NCBI RefSeq assembly: GCF_964355755.1
Contig: NC_092674.1
Coordinates: 27,280,001-27,344,000 of the forward strand
Reading direction: 5' to 3'
Length of the DNA stretch: 64,000 nucleotides
Origin: Antedon mediterranea
Taxonomy: Eukaryota > Animalia > Echinodermata
This document shows positions 12,801-25,048 of this stretch, piece by piece. Under the pieces are notes generated by a model. That model did not search any database, had not been told where the DNA came from, and saw nothing but the letters and a program-made list of their open reading frames with translations. Both the position numbers and the translations under genes were made by a program. Within the stretch, counting starts at the first letter, position 1. Every line of letters starts with the position of its first letter.

Positions 12801-13739
12801 TCAGATCTCTGACATGGCCAGGATCATACGTCTCCTGATGCTGTTGCACCATATCGTCAATAAAGGTTTTGAGTTCCTGGACTGCGTTACGAAAATCTGT
12901 AAACATGGGTGTGTGATATAAAGCTGGGATAATGTTGACAGGGTTGGTAAGGGTGGTGTTTTTGAAGAGGTATCGAATTGATTCAATAAGTTTCATAAAC
13001 TTTGGGTCACGATATTCGAATCTATCGCCGAAACAGACAGTACAAACTACGTTAGAAACAGAGTTGTGTACGCTGTTAAGTGGGTTAAAGGAGTCGTCGA
13101 AGGTGCCCATCTCCTGGCATAGATAGTCTGCCTCGAGGTTGATCCTTTTCTCCAAGCTGCTGTTTTCGAGAGACATATTTCGAAGAGCGCCCAAAGTCCA
13201 ACGTCGTCTGTCGCTCCAAGGTTTACCATTATCAAAAACGATGCTGCCTGAAAATAATTATACAGAAAGGCGGTTTACCTTACAGATTATTACAGACTTA
13301 AAACTACCGATTATATAGTACAATTAAGTGATATGAGCTTAAAAACACACGCAATCGAAAAGGTTCTTAGCCTACCTTTAATACCAAAACTTAATTTTAT
13401 AATCGGTATCGTCTGTCTGTCGGAAACCTTATCTCCTTGATCTTTCAGTAAGCATTTCACGGCGTCAATACTTGTCAAAAACACAGACTTAGGTCTTGTC
13501 CAGCCAAGATTCACAAACAAAACACCACCATACTTTTCCCTCCATTTCTCAATCGTTAAATACGACTCTTTTTCCAGTTGTAAAAGTGAACCAACAATTG
13601 GCCATGGAGTAGGACCTGGTGGTAGCTTGCCAGACTTTCCACTTGACTTCAGCAACCAGAATGTTAAGACACATACAACAAGAACTAACACAGCCGTTTG
13701 TATATTAACTAAGGCTACCACTGTTTGCAAAAACACCAT
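9852..13739 (-). CDS. Cytochrome P450, CYP2 clan, 4 exons
   Basis: Exons 13739-13376, 13247-12628, 10795-10471 and 10033-9852. N-terminal TM plus PPGPTPWP; I-helix DLFVAGTETT; K-helix EVQR; meander PERF; haem motif PYGAG|RRICAG split by the last intron; stop TAA. Confidence 0.93.
10086..10244. repeat. 38-bp tandem repeat, about 4 copies, in the last CYP intron
   Basis: TGTCCCTTCCTTAGAAAGTGTAGGCCTACCTCTGAGGA repeated head to tail. Confidence 0.9.
10340..10432. mobile_element. Short Harbinger-like MITE remnant (family with GGTTCCCACTAG ends and a GACGCAACG motif)
   Basis: Related copies at about 17614-17825 (GCGTGGTTCCCACTAG...CTAGTGCGAGTCACGC), 28600-28703 and 62480-62580. Confidence 0.45.
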
Positions 13740-14119
13740 TTTGTGGTTTTCACAACAAGGCTTTAGTCACGACTGTCGTTTTAAATACAACTGTATAATG
13801 ACCTTCCGGATTAAGCGGCATGAATGCATTGACCTAGATGCTACAAATCTCTTAAATCCAACTACTACTGTATATCCCTTTCAGGTCAATTTTAAATATC
13901 TAAACTAAATTTTAATGACAATTGAATTAAAATTTAGTTTTCCGACAGTAGCCATCTTCGTTAAGGAGTTACAATCATACTATATAGTGCTTTTAATAAA
14001 ACAACTCACTTAAAATAAATAAAAATAAATTTATGACGAATTGGATACATTTGTTTTTCAAAGAGAATCATGAACATTTTAATGGTATACAGTAGTACCT
14101 ATGTATAGTTTGAGTTTAT

Positions 14120-14810
14120 ATGAAATGTAACAAGAGGCTCTACTTTCTAAGGAAGATGAGAAGTCTTAAGGTGAATACCGTTATAATGAAATTATTTTAT
14201 GATTCTGTTGTTAAATCAGTTATGACTTTCTGTTGTAGTATCAGGTATAACGGCCTCACCAAAGAGAACAAATACAAACTTTATCGAGTTATAAGGAAAG
14301 CAGAAAAAATTATGGGTACTAAATCTGAGGATTTAGATAGCATGTGTAACGAATTGATGTTGGCTAAAGCCAAAGTCATAATGTCTGATTCTGCCCATCC
14401 CTTGCATAGTTCGTTTGTTATAGTGTGCAGATCTTTTTTTTTTTTTTTTTTTTATTCAATTTTCAGGTACAACAATACATGACAATACAGCGGTGCAGCA
14501 CCCTGAGGATTGCCATGAGTGCAAAGCACTATCGAGATGGCACTAGAACATATAAGACAAACATATACACAAGATGCTCTACATAAACAAAGACTTATTA
14601 TTAAGTCTTTGGGAGTGGAGTTGTAAATTGTCATGAGAAAAAAACCCTGACACATGACAGGACTTGAACCCAGGACCCTTAGATTGGTAGCAAGCATCAT
14701 GACCACCAAGCCACAGCTCCACTCCTCTGGTAGACTACATCATCCTTTGACAAAAACAAATAGGTTAACAACTCCCTTATTCCATCTTCAATTCGTCTCT
14801 TAACAAACAA
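14120..14810 (+). mobile_element. 3' remnant of a Rex/Babar- or L2-type LINE ORF2, interrupted by a SINE
   Basis: ORF KCNKRLYFLRKMRSL..FYDSVVKSVMTFC..IRKAEKIMG..DSAHPLHSSF continues after the insertion as SGRLHHPLTKTNR..SLIPSSIRL, the typical C-terminus of these RT proteins. Confidence 0.8.
14435..14725 (-). mobile_element. tRNA-derived SINE with poly(A) tail
   Basis: Minus strand: A-box TGGCTTGGTGG, B-box GGTTCAAGTCC, body, AATAAA plus an A-run (T-run at 14435-14454). TCT flanks both sides. A degenerate second copy lies at about 17216-17346. Confidence 0.8.
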
Positions 14811-15384
14811 TTAAGATAATTACTGTAATTACTTTTAATGAATTGTCCTACAATGTATTTGACTTGTATCTAATTTTTGTTTTGATGTTTTTATATTGTG
14901 TTTTTATTACGAATGTAACGGGGAGCTGAGTCTCAAATTTTATATCTATTATGTGACAATAAAGTATATCGATATCTATGTCTAAATATGCAAAGGAAAC
15001 AACATCTCTATGCTACTGGTACGACACGTTAGTATTTTATTGGCATTTATAGACACCTTAAAGTTATCTTTTTTGCACGGCGAGGATACCTTTTTTAATG
15101 TTATCCATGATCTATGACTGTACTGTATTTACAATACAATAATATTATTTAATAGAAATCTTTACAAAACTGTGTATAGAAAATACCATAGTAATCCCAC
15201 CTATACAATATTTTATAGAACGTATTTTAGGTAATAATAAACAATCTCTATAAATCATTTTTGATTGAACTGGTTGAAATAAAATAAGGATTTTTCTAGT
15301 TTTTTCTCTTTCACGTTGAAATGAAAAAAACTTAAATTTGCGCATGACTGATTGTAGTTAAGGTTATCAATTTTTATTTTTATT

Positions 15385-18300
15385 TCACATTTTATGAACT
15401 GGTTGGATTGAAAGAATATCAAATCCCTTTGCCATTACAGAAGCTGTCGCCTCGCAGAGTAGTAACCGACTTGTGTTGATCTTGATAATTTTACCTGCAA
15501 AAAAGTTTGTAATAGTGACTGACAGGAAGAGTGCAACCTGTAACCTATTGACCCTTGACCTATAGCAACAAAGTACCAGTACTGTTATAGGTATAAATAA
15601 TTATCTTGGCATATGGTTTGCACGAGGTAAAAAGTTAATACAACTGTAATAAAAAATGTTGTTTTAGTTTATTTTATTTATTACTCTGTACAGAAAAAAT
15701 TGAACTTCCCATAAGGGGAGCTTTTCTGTGATACAAGACAATATATGGCCAACCTCTATTCAGGGGACAAAACATGTTTCACTTTACATTTTTATTTGAT
15801 TGATTGTGATCCATTTTTATTAATACAAAAAGATAATAAATATATTTATGTAACACTTAAACTGATGAAGGGCTAATGTTTCCCGAAAGCTCTGCAAATT
15901 TTTCTTGCTGTTTTACTTTACCTTATTTTATTTTGTATCTCCATTTTGAGATCCAGTCACTGAGACTCACAGCATTGTCATTTTTTCAGTGCTTATTTTA
16001 TTTTGTATCTCCATTGAGATCCAGCAACTGAGACTCACAGCATTGTCATTTTTTCAGTGCTTATATTAATTGTATCTCCATGAAAATCCAGCCACTGATA
16101 CCCACAGTATTGTCAATTTCTCAGTAATTTTCCTTTGGATTTATATTATGTAAATAGTAGTATTTACTTACCAGTTTGGCGATCTTTCTCAACACAATAA
16201 CAGTTATCATAAAATTCTGTGAAAGTTGTAGCAATCTCATACAAGAAATCGCAGAGGGAGTGTAAAAACAAGTCATCTAAGATTTTGGAAATTACTTCTG
16301 GGAATCTGGCTAGGCACTTTGCCAACTTCCATTCTTTCTCATGCTCTAGTACAACTGGAGTGGTTTTAGCTGCAGCCTTTAGTTCCTTTACACTGACGTT
16401 GGCTAGCCTAGCTATAGATCTGAAAGAAAAATATATGAGAATCAAAATACAAAATACCAGTGCTAAGGAGGTTTAAAGTACCGATCAAAGTAATTTATGT
16501 CGGGACCTAAGTTAAATAAAGTTCTGTCTACACTATCAAACTTTATGTGACAACAAATTGTGATGTGCCCATATATGGACATGATGATGCCGAACTTAAG
16601 AAAGAATTTGGGGTTCAATAAAAAAACATACATACTTTATCCTTGTGTATGCGTAAAGCAAATATACAGCTGTGTTTCCTTTATCATCTAACATCTGTAA
16701 TAGATAAAAAATTAAAATAATCATTCAAACAAATGAAATTAATCAAATGTCAAAAATCACAATTAGGTGATCGTACTTCACTGGTACTATGTGACAAGTT
16801 GCAGTGAGGTCATATTAGGATCGTACTTCACTGGTACTATGTGACGAGTTGCAGTGAGGTCATATTAGGATCGTACTTCACTGGTACTATGTGACGAGTT
16901 GCAGTGAGGTCATATTAGGTCATTCAATGACTGGTTAGTGGCTGTGATAACTAGTAGACTGGTAGACACATTGCATGCTTCATAGGCTGTTTATATAATT
17001 ATTATTTTGATTTTTTTGTTGGTAATCATACACACTGTTTATTGCAGAGGATGCCCCATAAACTAAAATCATACATTATTGTAGAAATAAAAACAGTTAC
17101 TGCAGTATAAGAATGTTACCACTAATAATATACTGCTTTGTTTATACATTTAGGCAAATTAGATAACCTTAGGCGAATTCATTCACTATCCTTCCTAAAG
17201 GTGGCAATCCTGTTCACAAGACAAACATATATAACAAAGTCTTATTACAAGTCTTTGGGAGTGGAGTTGTAATATGAAAAAATCCAGACAGAACTTCAAC
17301 CCAGATTGGTAGCCAAGCATCATAAACACAAAGCCACAACTCCACCCCATGAAGAGATACAGCAATGATTGTAAACGTTACCTTATCAAATGAAAACACA
17401 TAATCGTTGACTCGATTATGCGAGAGGTCAGCGTACTTGATGCATCCATACGCTATGGCTTCCTCGGCTGCTTTCATTTCTTCAGCTGTTAACACCTAAA
17501 CAAGAAAATATAAATGCTATGATAACTAATAATGCAAAATAACCCAACCCTTAATTAGACAATATGATGTAAAGGGCATGTGAACAGCTCCACTCTAAAC
17601 TTTAAACCATAATGCGTGGTTCCCACTAGCGACGCAACGTAACCTCGTGAGGTAACCTCGCAACGTAAGAAAATGCCCTTCCAATAATTATGTTTGCCCC
17701 TGCCTGCGTGAAATCAAACCTGTGATGTTTGCAGCACTGTGGCATTGTCAGTTCCTACTTGTGATTACGCAATATAGCATTTTGTTTCATTACATCGCAT
17801 TGCGTTCTAGTGCGAGTCACGCCTTGATGACTTATATAAATTTAAAACCATTAACCATTAACTTGTACAAAATCTATTTAAAGAAAAAATGATAAGTATG
17901 TGTATAATGCAAAAATACCTTATCACGTCCTCTTTCAATAAGCTTTTCTCGTGATCGTTTAATTCCTTCATCGAGTAAATCTGCCAGTCGTACGGTATCT
18001 CCTGAACGAGTTTTAAATTTTTTTCTGAAAATGTCAATTTAGTAAAACTTTAAATATAAAATTGTAATAATAATTAATACGTTAAATAGTGAATAACAAG
18101 TTACGGTACACATTTTTGTAATGATTTGTAAGAATGTTTGACTTGTTGAGTCACTTACTTGTCCTCTCCGAGCACAACTCCAAATGCGACATGCTCAGCT
18201 CGCGTATTCCTTGCGTCATAATATCCAGCTTTTTTTGCACAAGCAAAAAGACAATCAAAGTGAACACCCTGTAAATATTAAACTAATTTGTTTAACCAAA

Positions 18301-21300
18301 TTTCCTTTTATTCAAATTTCAAATCATAACAGTAAAATTATTTTAAATTTCTTTCTTCCCTTATTATTTTTAGTAAATTAAATAAGATACCAAATTGAAT
18401 AATGATAAAAAAATAACATATAAATGCATCAATTGGTTAATTATTAATAAAAAATATACATATTATATGCATTCCATAGTATATCAATGCAATAAACACT
18501 ATTTGAATACCGTACCAGCAACAAAATAGAGTATACCTTCTTGGTTAATGATTTTAATAATAAAAAAATTTACTAAAATAAAATAATTTTTGTCCCTCTG
18601 AAAAATTTGTTTACACTTTTTTTGTTGAGTATGCCATTTTAATAACAGTGGATTGAAAAAAAAATATCTACCTAAACAAATGTAATTTAAAGCAAAAAAT
18701 TGAACCTTTATTTTTCATGATTTTGGTGGACAATACATCTTTAAAGATAAAATATAAATACAGGTTTTAGGTAAATATTTTAAAACAATATTTGAAACCT
18801 ACCTGGCCAGCGTCTACTACATATATCAGCCATTCACCCAATTCCTCAAACAGACGATGTTTTATGGTTGCCATATCTGACGTGTCATATGTAAAACCGC
18901 CGTCCGATTTAACAATCGTAAGTGGGATAGGGGCACCAGGAGCAAACATCACCTTTCTACCTTCATCCTCTTCTAGCATTCCTAATTAAACATACAGGTG
19001 TCGTTAATTTACATAAATTCAAAATGAACTGTACACATTACATATATACAACACCAGTCCATAATTGGTCCTTTATTAGAGGAATACCTGTATAACCCAC
19101 AGTTTACCCATCTAAAGCTCTGTCAAAACCACTATCAAACTAGTTTGACAAAAAAACTGTGATATGCCCAAATATGGTAGTGATATGCTTAAATATAGTG
19201 ATATAACATCATCATGTCCATATACACATCACATTTTTTTTGTCACATAGTGTAGACAAAGCTTTAGAGTGACGAGCAAAAACTTATTAATCAATAAAGT
19301 CATGATAATTGGCAGAGAATTACACAATGCAGCATTCGGCCTTTCCAATTGGTCGAACGGTGCGAGTTTACTGGTTTAGGAAGAGTTGGGTTAGTATTAT
19401 TATAATATAGATTTTGGATTACATACCTTTTTCTTCCAATTCTGCCACAACAGATTCCATTCGTTCTTGGTAAAATGATTCCCCACGGGGTACTAAGTTT
19501 TTCACACCGAGTCGAGCATATATCTTATTAAACTCGTGCTTTGATATGTCGCATATCATAGTCCACGCTTTAATAAAATCAGGTTCTTTTGACTGTAATT
19601 TTACAACGCTTTCGTAAGCTCTTTTCTTGAAGTCGGCATCTTCATCAAATCTTTTCTTTGATTCCTAGAAAATAAATTAAAGATATTATTAAATGAAAAA
19701 TAATAAAGAGGCAGTTTGTCATAATATAATTATGAAAATCGGAAAATTATCGGAAAATGACAAGTTATAATAAATGAAACAATGTAATTTTAAAAAACAA
19801 GCAAGTCCAATATATTTTAAATAATACATTCTTGTTTAGATTTTTTATATACATACTGTACAGTATTAAAAAGTGCTTTTAAAATATAGCATGATCGCAC
19901 CTTGTAAAACGCCTGCAAATCCTTAACTGGTGGAGACTCATTCAGGTAATTCGGAAACTTGTCTTGCAGATGGGCTATCAACATACCAAACTGTGTCCCC
20001 CAATCTCCAAGATGGTTGATCTTTGACACTTTGTGACCTTTGACCCAATAACGAAAAAAGAATTAATTGATTGGATAATCAAATATCAAAACATACTTGA
20101 GATAATTTTACAAAAATGACTGATTTGTTTAAGATTGAATATTGAAAATTTCTTTTTGATACAGCTCAATTTGTTAAAAAACTCACCTACGAATTCTAGA
20201 AGTCGCGACAGACCTTCTCCGATAATAGTTGACCTTAAGTGACCTACGTGCATCTCCTTGGCGATGTTAGGGGATGACATGTCAAGACAGATACGTTTCT
20301 TTATGCCCACCGGTGGTGGCTTTACCCCGTCAGTCAGAATATCTGAGATGAGTGGCGCAACAAAACTCCTTTTGATGTAGATGTTGATAAAGCCTGGCCC
20401 AGCTATATCCATCTGAAATGTAAAATATCACTGACTTTTTACAAAAGATATAACATCATAATCATGTTCATATATGGGCACATCACATTTTTTTTGTCAC
20501 ATAAAGTTTGATAGTGTAGACAGAGCTTAAGAGTTATCAGAATTTGACCCAGCTTTCTGTATGATAGTCAAGTATCCTGACCCTTCTCAATCCTCAATAA
20601 GGTGATAGAGACTATACAGTATCATTATTGTATGTCTACCTTCTCAATGATGTCATTTGTAGGAATTTCCTTCATAATCTCTTGAGCGACATCTCTGGGT
20701 GCAGATTTAACTCCAACAACTTTCAGCATCTGAATCGGAAGATTTAAAGAAACAATATAAATTATTATATTAGTTAAATATTATTAATACATAAATAAAC
20801 AAGCTTAAAGGCCCGTTTACACTAGGACGATAAAGATCGACGATAAATAAACAAATATGCATTGTTCATACACAAAACAAAAGAAATCTAACAAGTGTTT
20901 ATTCTAGAACTATTTAGGAACCATCTATGCTTAATTTGATGAAAATTATATTTTCACATGTCCAATCAAATAACGTCATGATTAGTAAGAGCAATAATAT
21001 CGTGACAATACAACAATTTTTTTGGTTTTATTGATCATGACGTCATTTGATTGGATTTTTAAAAATATTATTTTTATCAAAGACAGCATAAATAAGTATT
21101 CTATAATTCTAGAACGAAAACCTTTCTAAATTATTTTGTTTTGTGTAAGAAAAAGGCATGCTTATCTATTTATCGCCGATCGTTATCGTCCTAGTGTAAA
21201 TGGGCCTTAAAGATGCAAACTATGTACTAACACTTAGTGCATATTATATGTTATACTGTATGAGGAGAGCCGATAGTTTTGTTACAAAATAAACCTTACC

Positions 21301-22109
21301 CCTGACATTGCCATAGCACTGTTACACTGGTAGTCACCGTTCTTGCCTGGAGTTATTGCAACTGGGGGGTTCTGGAGCTGAGGGTAGGCATTGTGAATAG
21401 CAGTGCAGAAGATTCTCACAAGACATTCTTGCAAATTCGTCATATATGATTTACTTTTGGCCTGTTCATCAGAAATACTCTGAAATAAAAAAAAAAGATA
21501 TACATTTTTGATGAAAAAAAAACAAATCTACATTTACTATTTAGTAGTCTATAATTATTTTTATTTAAATTGTCTACTAATATGTTTACGAACCTTAAGT
21601 AAATGCTCAATCCTATATTTAAGTTTTTGGTTCTCTATTTGCAGTTTTTCAGTTTCCTCCTCCGGTGCCTTGTTTTCAGATACTGAAAAATCTCCATTTT
21701 TCAACTTCTCAATTTCAAGTTTTAATCGCTTGATTTCAGCTTCCTGGAACGATAAGTTTAAGTAATTAAGTAATTGATTATTTTTTTAACTTTAAAAACT
21801 AACTTTGTTTACAAAGTTCGGTAGCTTTGGCGTTCCATTAAATAGGTACAAAAGTGGGTATTTCCCACCTCCAGCTAGGCCTAGTATTGCATCACCCACT
21901 ACGGGTCAGTAGAGGCCTTGCTTGGCCATTTTGGGTTTTCTATTTTCTAGGTCTGGCTGGCTGGATACGGTACCTAGCTTTGTTTGGCCTATAATTGCTT
22001 GATTCTAGTTTTAAAAAATTTCTAAATTTATTTAGGCCTAGGTAGGTCTATTCATAGAATAATTTACCTGTTCAGATGCGCGTTTTGCATATATTTCTAT
22101 ATCTGCCAT
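15385..22109 (-). CDS. RARS1: Cytoplasmic arginine--tRNA ligase, about 14 exons
   Basis: Start [14 protein letters not shown] at 22109. Motifs [38 protein letters not shown] (HIGH-like), [68 protein letters not shown]. The last exon ends [13 protein letters not shown]. Confidence 0.96.
15855..16147 (+). mobile_element. Penelope-like terminal repeat fragment carrying a minimal hammerhead ribozyme motif (copy 1)
   Basis: CTGATGA (15862-15868), stem II GGG..CCC, GAAAGCTC (15885-15892), then three tandem TTGTATCTCCAT..GATCCAG..ACTGA..CACAG units. Homologous to 61650-61815. Confidence 0.7.
16769..16919. repeat. 48-bp tandem repeat, 3 copies, in a RARS1 intron
   Basis: GATCGTACTTCACTGGTACTATGTGACGAGTTGCAGTGAGGTCATATTAG unit repeated almost identically. 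Confidence 0.9.
17216..17346 (-). mobile_element. Degenerate copy of the tRNA-derived SINE
   Basis: Shares AAGTCTTTGGGAGTGGAGTTGTAA, AGATTGGTAG and AAGCCACA.CTCCAC with 14600-14725. Confidence 0.65.
20809..21207. mobile_element. PIF/Harbinger-like MITE with long imperfect inverted arms
   Basis: TAA|AGGCCCGTTTACACTAGGACGATAA ... TTATCGTCCTAGTGTAAATGGGCCT|TAA; arm complementarity extends well into the interior. Confidence 0.85.
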
Positions 22110-22500
22110 ACTGTGTATCTTTTTCTGTGTGAAGTTTTTTATCCACGTTTTTTTTTCGTGGAAGTTTACAGAACATGAAATAGCGCCATCATTCGATCGG
22201 GTGGCGAAACATGACAGCAGATAGCAGCTGCCCTCTATCTATTGGCCTACTATACCAACTTTCTAATCTTTCTTTTTGGAGGACGACTTAATTAACCACC
22301 AACAAAATACAGTTAATAGTATACCAACATAATTATTATTTTACTATTAATTATTGCTTTGTTAGGTAGCATGGTCTTGTGTTGTGGCCCAGTCTTCTTC
22401 GTCTTCTTTACATTCATTATAGTTTTAGCTAGGCCTGGCCCTAGCCAACCTGACATGCAGTAAAGCATGAATGAAGAGAGTTTGAGGTGAGTTATGATGG
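22110..22500. promoter_or_regulatory. Probable bidirectional promoter region, RARS1/MMAA
   Basis: Divergent genes; CTCF-like TAGCGCCATC at 22181 and GCTGCCCTCTA at about 22227; a + strand donor GAG|GTGAGT near 22487 suggests an MMAA 5' UTR exon. Confidence 0.55.
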
Positions 22501-22951
22501 TTGGATATTAGTCACTGCCTGTGTAGGCCAACTACAAAAAGTACTGTATATTATTAAGTAGTATACTAATCAAAGGTCGAATGTAGCCAAGTTTTTTGAT
22601 TCAATATACTATTACTAGGCCTATCTGATATTTGAAAAAATTATGACACAGTAAGGTTTTATTCAGACAAAAAAACGCAGTGCACATCACACTTTTCAGC
22701 TGGTTAAACTAAAGTCAACTGATTTCTACATTTTAATGTAAATTTTTCAATTTATTATTAGTATTATATAGGCTACTAATAATAATTAAATGATACAATA
22801 TTTGTTTGTTTTGTAGGTAGGCCTATAGATGAAATGATTATGTTCAACATTCAAAAGAAGATAAACCGTGATTTTGTAGCTTATTATTAAAACAAAATTG
22901 TACACAAAAGCCAAAATATTGAACATTTTCAAATTGAACATAAATCCCACA

Positions 22952-25048
22952 ATGCTACAATGCCATTACCATTGTTGCAGACAGTTATTGACGGTCAGAA
23001 GCTTTACAATAAACTGTTGGGCAGCAGCTGTAATCATGAGGTCATTCACGTCTAACGATCGTAAAGTTCAACGGATATACGATTGTATAATTGGAGGAAA
23101 ACGACACGGATTAGCAGAAGGAATTACGCTTGTCGAGTCCACGCATTCTAAGAAGAAGAAACAGGCTCAAGAACTACTAACGGCCGTGTTGGCTAAATTG
23201 AAAGTCAGAGAGGACAATGCACGCAGAACAAACACTTTTCGAATAGGTACAGTGGGCTACTCAACCTTTGCGCCTACTGCAATAGGGACACGGCAATGCT
23301 AACCACTGGTTGAATAAGCCTAAAGCTTTGTCTCCACCATTAAAATGGTTTGACCAAAAAATGTGATGTGGCCAAATATGGTGGTGATATACCCAAATAT
23401 GGTAGTGATATCATGACATGTCCATATGTGGGCACATCACATTTTTTTGTCACATAAAGTTTGATAGTGTAGACAATGCTTTAAAATAATCTCTGACATA
23501 ATATTAATATACTGTGTACTGTTTACTGTATTGTATTGATAGTCATTTTCTTCGTCCTATTTCTAGGTTTGACTGGACCTCCAGGTGCTGGAAAATCAAC
23601 ATTAATTGAAGCGTTAGGCAAACACCTGACAGCGAAGGACCACAAGGTGGCGGTGTTGGCTGTAGACCCGTCATCATCACTAACTGGTGGTAGGTATGAG
23701 GTATTCAAAACCGGGTTGCATTAACATATTAATATCCGATTTTTAATTGAATTTAAATTTATACTTTTAATTCGTCAGGATCGTTACTTGGTGACAAAAC
23801 TAGAATGCATGACCTTTCGCGGGATCCTAACGCTTTTATCCGTGCGTCGCCATCGTGTGGCTCGCTAGGAGGAGTAGCAAGGAACACAAACGATGCAGTG
23901 GTGTTGTGTGAAGGGGCTGGATACGACACTATTATCATTGAAACAATTGGTAAACACTTTTTGTTCGAGGCTGAAATTTGAGAGGTGGGGAGGCATTCTG
24001 TGGATAAGCTAGATACTCTATGCTCTGATAAATTTTGCTATGATGTACAGTAATTAAAAGAATCAAAACACTAGCAAACTTTACCAAAACCTTTTTGTTT
24101 CTGTAATTTTTCTGTCATGTCTGAATCTAAAGCTCGGTCTACATTATCAAATGTCATGTGTCAAAAAAATGTGATCATATCACTACCATATTTGGGTATA
24201 TCACTGTTTGGCCATTTTTGTCAAACTTGTTTGATAGTGTAGACAGAGCTTAAAGCTTTGAATTTTGTAGGGGTTGGACAATCTGAATATGCAGTGGCCG
24301 ACATGGTTGATATGTTTGTCCTTATTGTACCCCCTGCTGGTGGGGATGAGCTGCAGGGGTTAAAGCGAGGCATTGTGGAAATGGCCGACTTAATCCTGGT
24401 TAACAAATCAGACGGAGAGCTCCTTATTCCGGCTCGACGAATGAAAGCTGAATACACGAGCGCGATGAAGTTGTTGAGAAAGCGGTCGAAAATTTGGATT
24501 CCAAAGGTAAAGGATGTTTTCTGTGTGGTTGCCCTGTTCCTCTTCTCGTAACAAGCCTTTGGGCTTAAGGGTTATCCCAACTTTATGTTTAATTTCTTTC
24601 TTAAGTTTAATCTTTGTATTTTTCTATGTATAGTATTTATGCTATTCTTGGAAAACAATAAATATTACTTGCATACAATATTACCATGTCTTTGCATGTT
24701 CAGGTAATAGTATTAAAATACCATTATATGTATACTATTTTGCAGGTTTTAAAATTGTCATCAAAAACAAAAGAAGGCCTACCGGAAGCATGGGATAAAA
24801 TGTGTGAATTTAAATCGGTGATGACCGAATCCGGAGACCTAATCAGAAAACGGCAACGACAACAAACTGTCTGGATGTGGAATCACATCCGTGAAAATAT
24901 AATGGATATATTTAAGTCTAATACGAATGTTGCGAATTCTGTCAACGAGATTGAACGCGAAGTTGGACTTGGTGTCCTTACTCCAGGCCACGGGGCCGAT
25001 TTACTTTTACAATTATTCAGATTAGGGGTTCAGGAAAACAAATTATGA
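22952..25048 (+). CDS. MMAA: Methylmalonic aciduria type A protein (MeaB-family mitochondrial GTPase), 5 coding exons
   Basis: Exons about 22952-23246, 23567-23692, 23779-23949, 24271-24506 and 24746-25048. [25 protein letters not shown] (P-loop), [46 protein letters not shown]. The start codon is inferred. Confidence 0.95.

Noticed and set aside
14650-14725. Possible tRNA gene on the minus strand
   Set aside because: A and B boxes are present but the cloverleaf is imperfect, it continues into a body and poly(A) tail, and a decayed second copy exists, so it is a SINE.
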